From Roseibium sp. (GTDB taxonomy: Bacteria; Pseudomonadota; Alphaproteobacteria; Rhizobiales; Stappiaceae): DNA of 64,000 bases. The stretch covers positions 141,362 to 205,361 of the forward strand of contig NZ_JBLXGP010000001.1 in the NCBI RefSeq assembly GCF_048260565.1. Direction: 5' to 3'. This document shows, piece by piece, positions 20,005 through 29,752 of this stretch. The notes below the pieces were generated by a model. The model was not told the DNA's origin. It saw only the letters and a program-made list of their open reading frames with translations, and did not search any database. Numbering within the stretch: the stretch's first letter is position 1; each line of letters starts with the position of its first letter. The translations under genes and the position numbers were made by a program.

Positions 20005-21675
20005 CTAAAACAGCCCCTCGATCTGCCCGTTTGCATCCAGCCCGATGTGATTGGCCGAGGGCACGCTCGGCAGGCCGGGCATGGTCATGATTTCCCCGCA
20101 GATCACCACGATGAAGCCGGCACCTGCCGACAGGCGCACCTCGCGGACGGGCACGCTGTGTCCGGTCGGGGCGCCGCGCCGGGCCGGATCGGTGGTGAAG
20201 GAGTATTGCGTCTTGGCCATGCAGACCGGCAGATTGCCGAAGCCGTCCGCCTCCCAGCGCTTCAGCTGCTCGCGGACGCTCTTGTCGGCCAGGACCTCGT
20301 CGGCCCGGTAAATCCGCCGGGCAACGGCCTCGATCTTGTCGAACAGGGGCATGTCGTCGTCGTAAAGCGGTGCGAACTGGGCCTGTCCACTGTCTGCGAT
20401 CCGGGCGACATGGGTGGCAAGCTCTTCCGTGCCGGCCGAACCGTTCGCCCAATGGGAGGCAAGGACCGCGTCGACACCGTGCTCCTGGCAAAAGGCCTTG
20501 ACCGCCTCGATCTCGGCGTCGGTATCTGCGGTGAAATGGTTGATGGCGACCACCGCCGGCACACCGAACTGCTTGATGTTTTCGATATGGCGCCCGAGGT
20601 TGGCACAGCCCTTGGTGACGGCCGCGACGTTTTCCGTCCCCAGATCTTCCTTGGCGACGCCACCGTTCATCTTCAGCGCCCGGACGGTGGCGACGATGAC
20701 GGCCGCGTCGGGGGAAAGACCCGCTTTGCGGCACTTGATGTCGAAGAATTTTTCCGCGCCCAGATCCGCGCCGAACCCGGCCTCGGTGACCACATAGTCC
20801 GCAAGCTTCAGCGCCGCTTTCGTCGCCATGACCGAATTGCAGCCATGGGCGATGTTGGCGAAGGGGCCGCCGTGGATGAATGCCGGATTGTTTTCCAGGG
20901 TCTGCACCAGGTTCGGCTGGATCGCTTCCTTCAGGAGCACGGTCATGGCGCCGTCGGCTTCCAGCTCGCGGGCGGTGACGGCGGTGCGGTCGCGCCGGTA
21001 GCCGACGATGATATTGCCGAGCCGGTGCTGCAGATCCTCAAGGCTTGTGGCCAGGCAGAGGATCGCCATGATCTCGGAGGCGACCGTGATGTCGAAACCG
21101 CCTTCGCGGGGAAACCCGTTGGCCACACCGCCCAGCGAGCAGACGATTTCGCGGAGCGCCCGGTCGTTCATGTCCATCACCCGTTTCCAGGCGATCCGGC
21201 GCGGATCGATCTCAAGCTTGTTGCCCCAGTAGATGTGATTGTCGATCAGGGCGGAGAGCAGATTGTTGGCCGAGGTGATGGCGTGGAAATCGCCGGTAAA
21301 ATGGAGATTGATGTCCTCCATGGGTACCACCTGGGCATAGCCGCCGCCGGCCGCACCCCCCTTCATGCCGAAACAGGGGCCGAGCGAGGGCTCGCGCAGG
21401 CAGATCATGGCCTTCTTGCCGATCCGGTTCAGCCCGTCGCCGAGCCCGACGGTGGTGGTCGTCTTGCCTTCGCCGGCCGGTGTCGGATTGATGGCGGTGA
21501 CCAGGATCAGCTTGCCGTTGGGCCGGCCGTTGAGCCCTGCGAGGTAGTCTCCGGATATCTTTGCCTTGGTTCTGCCGAAAGGGATCAGGGCGTCCTCAGG
21601 GATATCCAGCCGCGCGCCGATTTCCGAAATCGGCTTCATCTTCGCCTTGCGTGCAATCTCGATATCGCTGCTCAT
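20005..21675 (-). CDS. fhs: Formate--tetrahydrofolate ligase
   Basis: 556 aa; [66 protein letters not shown]. Confidence 0.98.
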   Translation of the reverse strand: MSSDIEIARKAKMKPISEIGARLDIPEDALIPFGRTKAKISGDYLAGLNGRPNGKLILVTAINPTPAGEGKTTTTVGLGDGLNRIGKKAMICLREPSLGPCFGMKGGAAGGGYAQVVPMEDINLHFTGDFHAITSANNLLSALIDNHIYWGNKLEIDPRRIAWKRVMDMNDRALREIVCSLGGVANGFPREGGFDITVASEIMAILCLATSLEDLQHRLGNIIVGYRRDRTAVTARELEADGAMTVLLKEAIQPNLVQTLENNPAFIHGGPFANIAHGCNSVMATKAALKLADYVVTEAGFGADLGAEKFFDIKCRKAGLSPDAAVIVATVRALKMNGGVAKEDLGTENVAAVTKGCANLGRHIENIKQFGVPAVVAINHFTADTDAEIEAVKAFCQEHGVDAVLASHWANGSAGTEELATHVARIADSGQAQFAPLYDDDMPLFDKIEAVARRIYRADEVLADKSVREQLKRWEADGFGNLPVCMAKTQYSFTTDPARRGAPTGHSVPVREVRLSAGAGFIVVICGEIMTMPGLPSVPSANHIGLDANGQIEGLF

Positions 21676-21792
21676 TCCCTGGCGCTCCCTCTTGTTTTTC
21701 GGCTCGGCCGGTCTTCCTGGTTAAGGAATCAGGCCTGGCAATTGTGTTTTCGACAGGCTAGGCGAGAAAGCGCGTATACATAAAGCGCAAAT

Positions 21793-21819
21793 ACGACCTG
21801 TGGCCGATTGGATGCGACG
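21793..21819 (-). promoter_or_regulatory. Candidate GlxA/GbdR-type tandem operator upstream of fhs
   Basis: Coding strand reads CGTCGC-N15-GGTCGT (CGAC at 21794 and 21815 on the + strand). Confidence 0.5.
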
Positions 21820-22048
21820 AAAGCTGCGGGCCGCGCATCCCCTGGGGTTGTCCGGGCTCTTTGGCGCTTTGCAGCATTCACCGAAGCGCCTGTTGCTTGA
21901 CTTTTTGTGACTATATGTATACAAAATCGTGCTTAAATTAGCGCAAGAGGTCGCTTGGGAGGGGAAATGTATGCACGATGCTGTTCCAAGGCGAATGAAA
22001 CGTGCCGGTTCCTGCCAGGTTCCCCATTGAAATGACACACGACAGGGC

Positions 22049-22768
22049 ATGTGGATGACAACGCTGGTACTCGTTCCGGGGCTGCTCTCGGATGACATCG
22101 TATGGCAGCCGCTCGCGGATGCGGTCGCGGGCAGGATGCCCGTGTACCAGGCGGATCTGAGCGGCGGCAACTCGATCTCCGGCATGGCCCGCGGCCTTCT
22201 GGACAAGGTTCCGGGCGACCTGATCGTCGTCGGCCATTCCATGGGCGGTCGTGTCGCCATGGAAATGGCCCATATCGCGCCGGAGCGGATAAAGGGTCTG
22301 GTGCTCGCCAATACCGGCCATGGGCCCAAGCGCGAAGGCGAGGAAGTCAAGCGCCAGTCCATGATCGATTTGGGCTGCGAGAGCATGGAAAACCTCGCCG
22401 ACCGGTGGCTGCCGCCGATGGTCGACGAACGCCGCGTCGGTGACGCGGATCTAATGGCCAGGCTGCGCGCCATGGTTCTGCGCGCCAACGCCGAAATCCA
22501 TGAGGGTCATATCCGCGCGCTGGTCGGTCGGCCGAATGCGACAGCCTACCTGAAGGATATCGACTGTCCGATCCTGCTTCTGGTCGGCCGTCAGGACCGC
22601 TGGAGTCCGATTGCGCAGCATGAGGAAATCAAGGCGGATACGAAGAATTCCGAACTGGTCGTCATCGAGGATGCCGGCCATTTCGCGCCGGTCGAGCGCC
22701 CGGAAGATGTGGTGACAGTTGTGACGGACTGGCTCGGCAGGACCTTTGGAGACAAGTGCAATGGCTGA
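22049..22768 (+). CDS. Alpha/beta-fold hydrolase
   Basis: GHSMGG nucleophile elbow, GRQD and AGHF acid/His motifs. Confidence 0.9.
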   Translation: MWMTTLVLVPGLLSDDIVWQPLADAVAGRMPVYQADLSGGNSISGMARGLLDKVPGDLIVVGHSMGGRVAMEMAHIAPERIKGLVLANTGHGPKREGEEVKRQSMIDLGCESMENLADRWLPPMVDERRVGDADLMARLRAMVLRANAEIHEGHIRALVGRPNATAYLKDIDCPILLLVGRQDRWSPIAQHEEIKADTKNSELVVIEDAGHFAPVERPEDVVTVVTDWLGRTFGDKCNG

Positions 22769-23117
22769 TCAACTGGATAACATTCCCGAAACGCCGCTTT
22801 TCGATCGGGCGCGCGCGCTCAAGGGCTACAAGCTCAACAAGATGGCCAATGCGCTCGGCGACCCGGCCAACCGCGAAGCCTTCAAGGCCGACGAAGACAC
22901 CTTCCTCGACCGCTTCGGCCTGTCGGCGGAAGAAAAGGCCGCGGTCAAGGCGCGCGACTGGCACGAGATGGTCCGCCTCGGCGGCAACCTGTTCTTCATT
23001 TTGAAAATCTCCGCGGTCGACCCGGTGCCGATCACCCAGATCGGCGCCGCACAGGCCGGCATGCCCCATGAGCAGTTCCTGACCGAACGGCTTGGAAAGA
23101 AGGTGAACCATGGCTGA
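22761..23117 (+). CDS. Extradiol dioxygenase alpha subunit (LigA-like)
   Basis: ATG at 22761 with GGAG RBS; GYKLNKM, NREAFKADE..FLDRFGLS.EEK.AV.ARDW..MVRLGGNLFF. Confidence 0.88.
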   Translation: MADQLDNIPETPLFDRARALKGYKLNKMANALGDPANREAFKADEDTFLDRFGLSAEEKAAVKARDWHEMVRLGGNLFFILKISAVDPVPITQIGAAQAGMPHEQFLTERLGKKVNHG

Positions 23118-23952
23118 GATCATTGGTGGTATCGGCACGTCCCACGTGCCCTCGATCGGCGTCGCACTCGACCGCGGTCTGACCGAAACGCCCGACTGGA
23201 AACCGTTCTTCGACGGCTATGACGCCGCCAAGGACTGGATGCGGCAGGCGAAGCCCGATGTGGCCGTGGTGATCTTCAACGATCACGGCAACAGCTTCTT
23301 CCTGGACCGGGTGCCGACCTTTGCGGTTGGGGTTGCGGAAAGCTACAAGCCGGTCGATGAAGGCTGGGGCCGCCGCGATATTCCCGATTTCGAAGGCGCC
23401 GTGGATTTCTCCTGGCACTTCGTCGACAAGCTGGTCGAGCGCCATTTCGATCCGCTCGTCTGCCGCGAGATCGACGTTGACCACGGCCTGCAGGTGCCGA
23501 TGGAACTGATGTTCGGCCGCCCGGAGCATTGGCCGGTCAAGATCGTGCCGATCTGGGTCAACACGGTCCAGTACCCGATCCCGACCCCGCAGCGCTGCTG
23601 GGAAATGGGCAAGGTGCTGCGCGAGGCCATTGAAAGCTGGTCGGGTGACGAGCGCGTCGTGATCCTGGGCACAGGCGGCCTGTCCCACCAGCTTCAGGGG
23701 ACGCGCGCCGGCTTCATCAACCGGGAAGCGGACCTCGCCTGGCTCGACGGTATTGCCAATGACCCGGAAACCTATCGTAATATGACCCGTGAGGACTACG
23801 TCGAGCAGTTCGGCTCCGAAGGAGCGGAACTGATCATGTGGCTGGTGATGCGCGCGGCGATGAACCCGCACGTGAACCTCCTCCACAAGCACTATTATGC
23901 GCCGGCGTCCATGACAGGCGCTGGCATGGTGCTCCTGGAAAACGCGGCCTGA
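23110..23952 (+). CDS. Class III extradiol dioxygenase catalytic subunit (LigB-like)
   Basis: Fe ligands in GTSHVP, FNDH and EGAE; catalytic His in GTGGLSHQ; VDHGLQVP. Confidence 0.92.
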   Translation: MAEIIGGIGTSHVPSIGVALDRGLTETPDWKPFFDGYDAAKDWMRQAKPDVAVVIFNDHGNSFFLDRVPTFAVGVAESYKPVDEGWGRRDIPDFEGAVDFSWHFVDKLVERHFDPLVCREIDVDHGLQVPMELMFGRPEHWPVKIVPIWVNTVQYPIPTPQRCWEMGKVLREAIESWSGDERVVILGTGGLSHQLQGTRAGFINREADLAWLDGIANDPETYRNMTREDYVEQFGSEGAELIMWLVMRAAMNPHVNLLHKHYYAPASMTGAGMVLLENAA

Positions 23953-23963
23953 ACGGGATCGGT

Positions 23964-24287
23964 ATGTATTTTCTGATGGTTTGCCGTCATCACGACGGTG
24001 TGGACGAAAAACGCAGCTCCGTGCGCGACGAGCACAAGCAATGGGTGGTGTCGGGCGGCGAGGGCGCGGCAAGTGTTCTGATCGGCTCCGCCACGGTTGG
24101 CGCGGACGGCAAGGCAAACGGCAATTTCGGGGTTCTGGAAGCAAAGGACGAGGCATCGGCCCGGGCCTTTGCCGAAGGCGATCCGTATAACAAGGTCGGC
24201 ATTGTTGCGGAAATCGAGATCACGCCACTGCCCGATACCTTCCAGGCGCACCGGATTTCCGAACCGATGACGAAGCCGGGGACGTGA
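23964..24287 (+). CDS. YciI-family protein
   Basis: ATG at 23964; R..VRDEH..W and AEGDPY (His-Asp pair). Confidence 0.8.
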   Translation: MYFLMVCRHHDGVDEKRSSVRDEHKQWVVSGGEGAASVLIGSATVGADGKANGNFGVLEAKDEASARAFAEGDPYNKVGIVAEIEITPLPDTFQAHRISEPMTKPGT

Positions 24288-24457
24288 TCCGGACACCGTT
24301 TCAAAGGCCGTAATCCGGTTCGAATGGTTCTTTTCACGCCTCTTGTCATTCGAACGCCGTTCTTTCCTGCACTTGGTAAACCCTTGAGGGTTTGCCATTC
24401 TGTGGTTATCCGCGAATTGGCGGAAACCGGGACACAGGTGCGGAAAGGACAAAATCC

Positions 24458-24772
24458 ATGACTTCCGAAAAGAAAAGCCCGGACTTCGACCGAATCCTCC
24501 TTGATCCGGGAGCCCACTACGACAGCCCGTCGGATGTGGTCACGGACGAACGCTTCGCTCCATCCGATCGCATCGAGATCCTGAGGCGGTGGGAATACGA
24601 CGCGGCAGATGCCAGCGTCGCTGCGGAAGAAGGCATGCCGGGCGGGAACGATCAGCTCCTGGCGGACATCATTCTCGGTCTGAAGAAATTGGGCGCCGAG
24701 ATCGATACGGAACAAACCGGCCCGACAAAACAGGGCGGTATCGGCCGGTCTGCCATCAAGTCGGACAAGTAA
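24458..24772 (+). CDS. Conserved hypothetical protein (104 aa)
   Basis: AAAGGA RBS; LLDP..HYDSP.DVV.D and LRRWEYDA...VA.EEGM pattern. Confidence 0.7.
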   Translation: MTSEKKSPDFDRILLDPGAHYDSPSDVVTDERFAPSDRIEILRRWEYDAADASVAAEEGMPGGNDQLLADIILGLKKLGAEIDTEQTGPTKQGGIGRSAIKSDK

Positions 24773-24803
24773 TCGCGGCCGAAGCGGGTGCTTCGGCCGC
24801 GAT
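24772..24803. terminator. Perfect 14-bp hairpin between convergent genes
   Basis: atcgcggccgaagc-gggt-gcttcggccgcgat; no U-tract. Confidence 0.5.
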
Positions 24804-24906
24804 ACGTCCGGAAAGCTCCGCCGAAAAGCCTGACCGGAGCCTTGGGGCAAACTCCGGGGAGAGGGAGGAACGGCTTTTCAGCGGCAATCCGGGATTTAGC
24901 GGCGGA

Positions 24907-25110
24907 TCAGGCGATCGAGCCGCGGGTCTTGAAGCCGACTTTCTTCAGGATGATCGTCAGCGGGCAGAAGCCGGTGAAGGAGAACTGGATCAGGTTTGCG
25001 CCGATGAAGGCGGTGAACCAGAGCCAGTTGATGTTGTGATAGATGGCAAGCGCAAGGCTTGCCAGGATCATGCAGCCGACGATCAGGGTAAAAATGCGTT
25101 CCAGGGCCAT
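24907..25110 (-). CDS. DUF2892 (YgaP-like) small membrane protein
   Basis: 67 aa; two TM segments, GANL.Q..FTGFCPL. Confidence 0.85.
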   Translation of the reverse strand: MALERIFTLIVGCMILASLALAIYHNINWLWFTAFIGANLIQFSFTGFCPLTIILKKVGFKTRGSIA

Positions 25111-25218
25111 AGTGTCCGTCCGTCCTTTATATTCATTAAATTGAAAATAAGGAGGCGGGCCGTTTATTTCAATACGAATATTTGCGGATCTGCGAAGACG
25201 TTTAGAGCACCCGATGCT

Positions 25219-26442
25219 CTAAGCCACCGGTTCCCGTAACCAGTCCTGCTCGTATGTGACGGTCGAACACCCGGAAAACCGTGCGATCCGGTCCAACTCC
25301 GAGGCGAGCTTCTGCAGACGGCCTTTGGATGGCCTGACGCCCTGTTCCGGCCAGAAGGCCCGTACGTGCAGCCGGTCCTCGTCGCGGAACGCCTTCATGT
25401 CGATGCGTCCGACCAGGCGGTCGCCCTCCAGAACCGGAAAGACATAATAGCCGTATTGACGTTTGGGCTCGGGCACGAAGACCTCGATCCGGTAATGGAA
25501 GCCGAACAGGCGTTCAGCGCGCTTGCGGTCGCGCAACATCGGGTCGAAGGGTGACAGGATTCGAACCCGCGCCGGCGCGGCCGGCAGGTCCGGGATCTCC
25601 GCCAGCGTCTCGGGAAAGACGAAGACCTTGCGGAGGGTCCTGCCGTCGGCGCAGGCAACCTCCACTTCCTGAATGTCTCCGGACGCCAGCGCCCGGCTGC
25701 ACCACTGTTTTGCTTCTTCCGGGGTGATCAGGTCCCAGAAGGCGGCGATCTCGCCCGACGTGCCGAAGCCCAGCCGTGCCAGTGCCGACCGGCAGGCCCA
25801 GTCGATGGTTTCTTCGGGATCGGGCAAGTGAAGTCGGTGCGGCTCGGGGATCACCCGCTCGGTCAGGTCGTAGACCTTCTGAAAACCGTTTCGTCCCGAT
25901 ACCGACAGCTCGCCGGAGCGCCATAGGAATTCCAGCGCGGTTTTGGACGGGTGCCAGTCCCACCAGCCGCCGCTCTTGCGTTCCTCATCGCCACCGACAT
26001 CGCCGGAGGTGACGGGGCCGTGATCGCTGATCTGCTTCCGGACCGCCTCGAATTTTTCCTCAAAGCCGTCCCGGCGCCAGTTGCGCCAGCGGGAAATCAG
26101 CCGCTCCCGGTCCCGCCGGAACTTGAGCTGCCAATGGGGAAAGAACTCGGTTGGAATGATCGAGGCGTCGTGGGTCCAGTGCTCGAACAGCGACCGCTGC
26201 TTCTCCAGAAGCGGTTTCAGGTTCTTTTCCCGATAGGCCGGCCGCCGGGCCGCCAGGATCATGTGATGGGCGCGGGCAACCGTATTGATGCTGTCGACCT
26301 GGACGAAGCCGAGCTTGTCGATGACGGCGTTCAGGTCATCGCCCTTCGCCGGTCCCTTCGGTATTTCGCCAAGGCCGTGACGCTCCAGGAAGAGGGCCCG
26401 GGCATCGTGGTTGCTCAGAAGGGGGAGGGCGCGTGAAGTCAT
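25219..26442 (-). CDS. YcaQ/AlkZ-like winged-helix DNA crosslink-repair glycosylase (HTH_42)
   Basis: GFVQVDSIN (QxD catalytic motif), FEHWTHDAS, LSPFDP, R.YGYYVFP, LVGRIDMK. Confidence 0.88.
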   Translation of the reverse strand: MTSRALPLLSNHDARALFLERHGLGEIPKGPAKGDDLNAVIDKLGFVQVDSINTVARAHHMILAARRPAYREKNLKPLLEKQRSLFEHWTHDASIIPTEFFPHWQLKFRRDRERLISRWRNWRRDGFEEKFEAVRKQISDHGPVTSGDVGGDEERKSGGWWDWHPSKTALEFLWRSGELSVSGRNGFQKVYDLTERVIPEPHRLHLPDPEETIDWACRSALARLGFGTSGEIAAFWDLITPEEAKQWCSRALASGDIQEVEVACADGRTLRKVFVFPETLAEIPDLPAAPARVRILSPFDPMLRDRKRAERLFGFHYRIEVFVPEPKRQYGYYVFPVLEGDRLVGRIDMKAFRDEDRLHVRAFWPEQGVRPSKGRLQKLASELDRIARFSGCSTVTYEQDWLREPVA

Positions 26443-26574
26443 GGCGGGAAAGGATCTTCATGAAAATCGAATGACGAGACAATCCGAAAACAGATTCGAA
26501 CCCGAACAAAAGCATGATCGCGGATCGAGGGGAATGGCTTTCTCAACCGCGGGAATCCCTTTACAGCTACTTGA

Positions 26575-27321
26575 ATGACGGATCCGATCATCGTTCTGGC
26601 GACGACATTGGTGTTTTTTCTGGCTGGAGCGGTGAAGGGTGTCATCGGCCTTGGCCTGCCCACGGTCAGCCTCGGCCTGATGACGGCCATCATGGATCTG
26701 CCGACGGCCATGACGCTCATGCTCGCGCCGACCTTCGTCACCAATGTGCTTCAGGCGACGACAGGCGGCTATACGATGGTGCTGCTGCGCCGGATCTGGC
26801 CGTTTCTCTTCTTCGCCACCGTGCTGGTCTGGCCGGGCGGGCTGGTGCTCAAGGAAGCGGACCTGTCCCTCATGGCCGCCTTTCTGGGCGTGGTACTGGT
26901 GGCTTATGCGCTGACGGGCTTTTTCGGCCTCCGCATGACCACCCGGCCCGAGCGCGAACGTAGCATCGGCATGGTGACCGGCGCCGTGAACGGTGTCCTC
27001 AGCGGGATGGTCGGGTCCTATGCCGTTCCCGGTGTGATGTACCTGCAAAGTCTGGAATTGCCGCGCGACCAGTTCGTGCAGGCCATGGGCATGCTGTTCC
27101 TCTGCACCACGATCGCGCTGGGCGTGACCCTGTCCGGCACGAACCTGATGACCATGGATATGGGTATCGCCTCGGTGATGGCCGTCGTGCCGGCCATTAT
27201 CGGCTTCTATGCCGGCCAGCACATCCGCAAGCAGCTGTCCGAAACCTTGTTCCGGACGCTCTTCTACGTGGCGTTGCTGGTCCTGGGCGCCTTCATCGCC
27301 GTCAAGGCTCTGCTCTTCTAG
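26575..27321 (+). CDS. Sulfite exporter TauE/SafE family protein
   Basis: 248 aa, hydrophobic, AGAVKGVIGLGLP and G.LSG.VG repeats. Confidence 0.85.
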   Translation: MTDPIIVLATTLVFFLAGAVKGVIGLGLPTVSLGLMTAIMDLPTAMTLMLAPTFVTNVLQATTGGYTMVLLRRIWPFLFFATVLVWPGGLVLKEADLSLMAAFLGVVLVAYALTGFFGLRMTTRPERERSIGMVTGAVNGVLSGMVGSYAVPGVMYLQSLELPRDQFVQAMGMLFLCTTIALGVTLSGTNLMTMDMGIASVMAVVPAIIGFYAGQHIRKQLSETLFRTLFYVALLVLGAFIAVKALLF

Positions 27322-27352
27322 GAAAGCGGGGAGGTCGCTCGCTCAGGGCAGG

Positions 27353-28387
27353 CTATTTCGAGACCAGCCTCACGGACTTGGTTCCCGAGGCCTTGCCTCC
27401 TCCCGGCCGGTTCGCCCACTGATACGCCTGCCGCTCTTCCGTCGGCGTGCACAGGAACCGTTCCCGGTAGCATTTGGTGAAATGCGACGTGGACGCGAAA
27501 CCGCAGGCAAGCGCCACGTCCAGCACGGGCCGGCTGGTCCGACGCAGCAGGTCCCGCGCGGTTTCCAGGCGCAGGCGCAGGTAATACTGCCCCGGCGTGC
27601 AGTTGAAATGCCGGCGGAACAGGCGCTCCAGCTGGCGCGGCGACAGGTTGACCGTCATGGCGAGCTGCTGGCAGCTCAGCGGGTCCTCAATGTGGAGGTC
27701 CATGATCCGGATGGAATCGAGGATCTTCTCGTTGGAAATGCCGGTACGGGCCTCGATGTCGTGGCGCTGGGCGGATTCGCCGGCGCGCGTGTTCTGGTAG
27801 AGCGCGACCTCGGCGACCTCATGGGCGATATAGGCGCCGTGCTGGATCGCGACCAGGCGCAGCATCATGTCCATCGCCGCCATGCCGCCTGCACAGGTCA
27901 TGCAGTTGCGGTCGATGGTGAAGATGTCTCCGGTGACGTCCAGATGCGGATATTCCTCGCGCAGGGAGCGCAGGTTTTCCCAGTGGATGGTACAGCGGCG
28001 CCCGTCCAGGAGGTGATAGCGGGCCAGCAGATAGGAACCGGTACAGACAGCGCCGAAGGTCCGGCCCATGGCGTTCAGGCGGCGCAAGCGGTTGCCCAGG
28101 TCCGCATCGAGCGGCAGACGTTCCACATCGAGGCCGGTGCATAAAAGTGTTATGTCCGCATCGTGCAGATCTTTGACAGAAAAATCCGCCTTGATCTCGC
28201 AGCCGTTGCTTGCCGCGACGGAATTGCCATCCAGCGAATAAGTTTTCCATTGATAATAGTCGCGGCCGAGCACGCGATTGGCCAGTCTCAGCGGCTCCAC
28301 GACCGATGAGAATGCGTTCATGGAAAACCGGTCAAGGATCACCAATGCTACGGTTTGGCCATTTTCTTCTTTAACCGTATCGGACAT
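27353..28387 (-). CDS. GlxA-family AraC regulator with DJ-1/GATase-like domain (GbdR-like)
   Basis: EPLRLANR, GAVCTGSYLLA, TIHW, TCAGG.AAMD; C-terminal AraC HTH (LSPRQLERLFR, ACGFASTSHF). Confidence 0.92.
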   Translation of the reverse strand: MSDTVKEENGQTVALVILDRFSMNAFSSVVEPLRLANRVLGRDYYQWKTYSLDGNSVAASNGCEIKADFSVKDLHDADITLLCTGLDVERLPLDADLGNRLRRLNAMGRTFGAVCTGSYLLARYHLLDGRRCTIHWENLRSLREEYPHLDVTGDIFTIDRNCMTCAGGMAAMDMMLRLVAIQHGAYIAHEVAEVALYQNTRAGESAQRHDIEARTGISNEKILDSIRIMDLHIEDPLSCQQLAMTVNLSPRQLERLFRRHFNCTPGQYYLRLRLETARDLLRRTSRPVLDVALACGFASTSHFTKCYRERFLCTPTEERQAYQWANRPGGGKASGTKSVRLVSK

Positions 28388-28717
28388 TTACTTTGCCCTA
28401 TATGAAGCCTCTGGAGGAAGCGCTGTAATTTTATAGTAAGGTCGGTTTTTTTCGTAAGCCTGTCAAATAGAAAGCGTCTGGGGGCGTGTATTCGTTGAAA
28501 TGTCATAAAATGCCCATTAACGGCGCTGGAGGGCGGCTCGTGCATCTGACCTGGCGCAAGGAGCAGCCCGGCGACCGGCGCAGAGGGAAGATTCGAACGA
28601 ATTTTTTGTTATTTTGCGGTTTCGTGGTTGCAGATTGCTTCAAGTCAATGCAGGACCGATGCTAAACGGTGCCAATCGATACGTTTCTTACATCACTTAA
28701 CGGAAGATGCACGACAC

Positions 28718-29530
28718 ATGAATGTTCTTGCCAAACCCGCCGAACTGGAAGCTGCGGCCCCGGCCGGCGTCTTTGTCCAGGAAGTCACCACGGTCCAGCA
28801 CTATACGGACCGGCTGTTCAGGTTCCGCATGACCCGCCCGGCAAGCTTCCGTTTCCGCTCCGGCGAATTCGTCATGATCGGACTGATGATCGACGGCAAG
28901 CCGCTCTACCGCGCCTATTCCATCGCGAGCCCGGCATGGGACGAGGAGCTGGAGTTCTTCTCCATCAAGGTGCCGGACGGTCCGCTGACCTCCGTGCTGC
29001 AGAAGATCCAGCCCGGCGATGCCGTCCTGATGAAGAAGAAGCCGACCGGCACGCTGGTCAATGACGCGCTTCTGCCCGGCAAGCGGGTCTACATGTTCTC
29101 CACCGGCACCGGCATTGCGCCGTTTGCCAGCCTGATCCGGGATCCGGACACCTACGAGAAGTTCGACCAGGTGATCCTGACCCACACCTGCCGCGAAGTG
29201 GCGGAGCTGAAATACGGCGAGGACTTGGTCAATGAGACCATCAACGATCCGCTGATCGGCGAATACGCCAAGGACAAGCTGGTGCATTACACCTCCGTGA
29301 CCCGCGAAGATTTTCCCCGAACCGGCCGGATCACCGACCTGATCGAAAGTGGCAAGCTGTTCACCGATCTCGGCGTTCCTCCGCTTGATCCGTCTGTCGA
29401 CCGCGGCATGATCTGTGGCTCCATGGACATGATCAAGGACACCAAGGCGCTTCTTGAAAAGGCCGGCCTGACCGAGGGCGCGAACAACAAACCCGCCGAA
29501 TTCGTGGTCGAGCGCGCTTTCGTCGGCTGA
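28718..29530 (+). CDS. fpr: Ferredoxin--NADP+ reductase
   Basis: ATG at 28718; RAYSIASP, GPLTS, GTGIAPF, MICGS, FVVERAFVG. Confidence 0.95.
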   Translation: MNVLAKPAELEAAAPAGVFVQEVTTVQHYTDRLFRFRMTRPASFRFRSGEFVMIGLMIDGKPLYRAYSIASPAWDEELEFFSIKVPDGPLTSVLQKIQPGDAVLMKKKPTGTLVNDALLPGKRVYMFSTGTGIAPFASLIRDPDTYEKFDQVILTHTCREVAELKYGEDLVNETINDPLIGEYAKDKLVHYTSVTREDFPRTGRITDLIESGKLFTDLGVPPLDPSVDRGMICGSMDMIKDTKALLEKAGLTEGANNKPAEFVVERAFVG

Positions 29531-29567
29531 CATTTGCCGACACGCATTGCACTTTGACGTTGAGAAC

Positions 29568-29600
29568 CCCGAAGCCGGCCCGGTTTCGGGTTTTTCTTTT
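29568..29600 (+). terminator. Rho-independent terminator after fpr
   Basis: cccgaagccg-gcc-cggtttcggg followed by tttttctttt. Confidence 0.75.
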
Positions 29601-29752
29601 ATGCGCATGCGCTTCGGGGGCGAATATTTCCCAATGGAGCCGAATCGACGGGCGCGGTTTATACTGCCGAATGCCAATCAGGCAGAGGCCGATCAGGTAG
29701 GCGCCCATCGGGCTGGCCATCCTTGATCGGACATAAGCCGCCAGAGACACAA

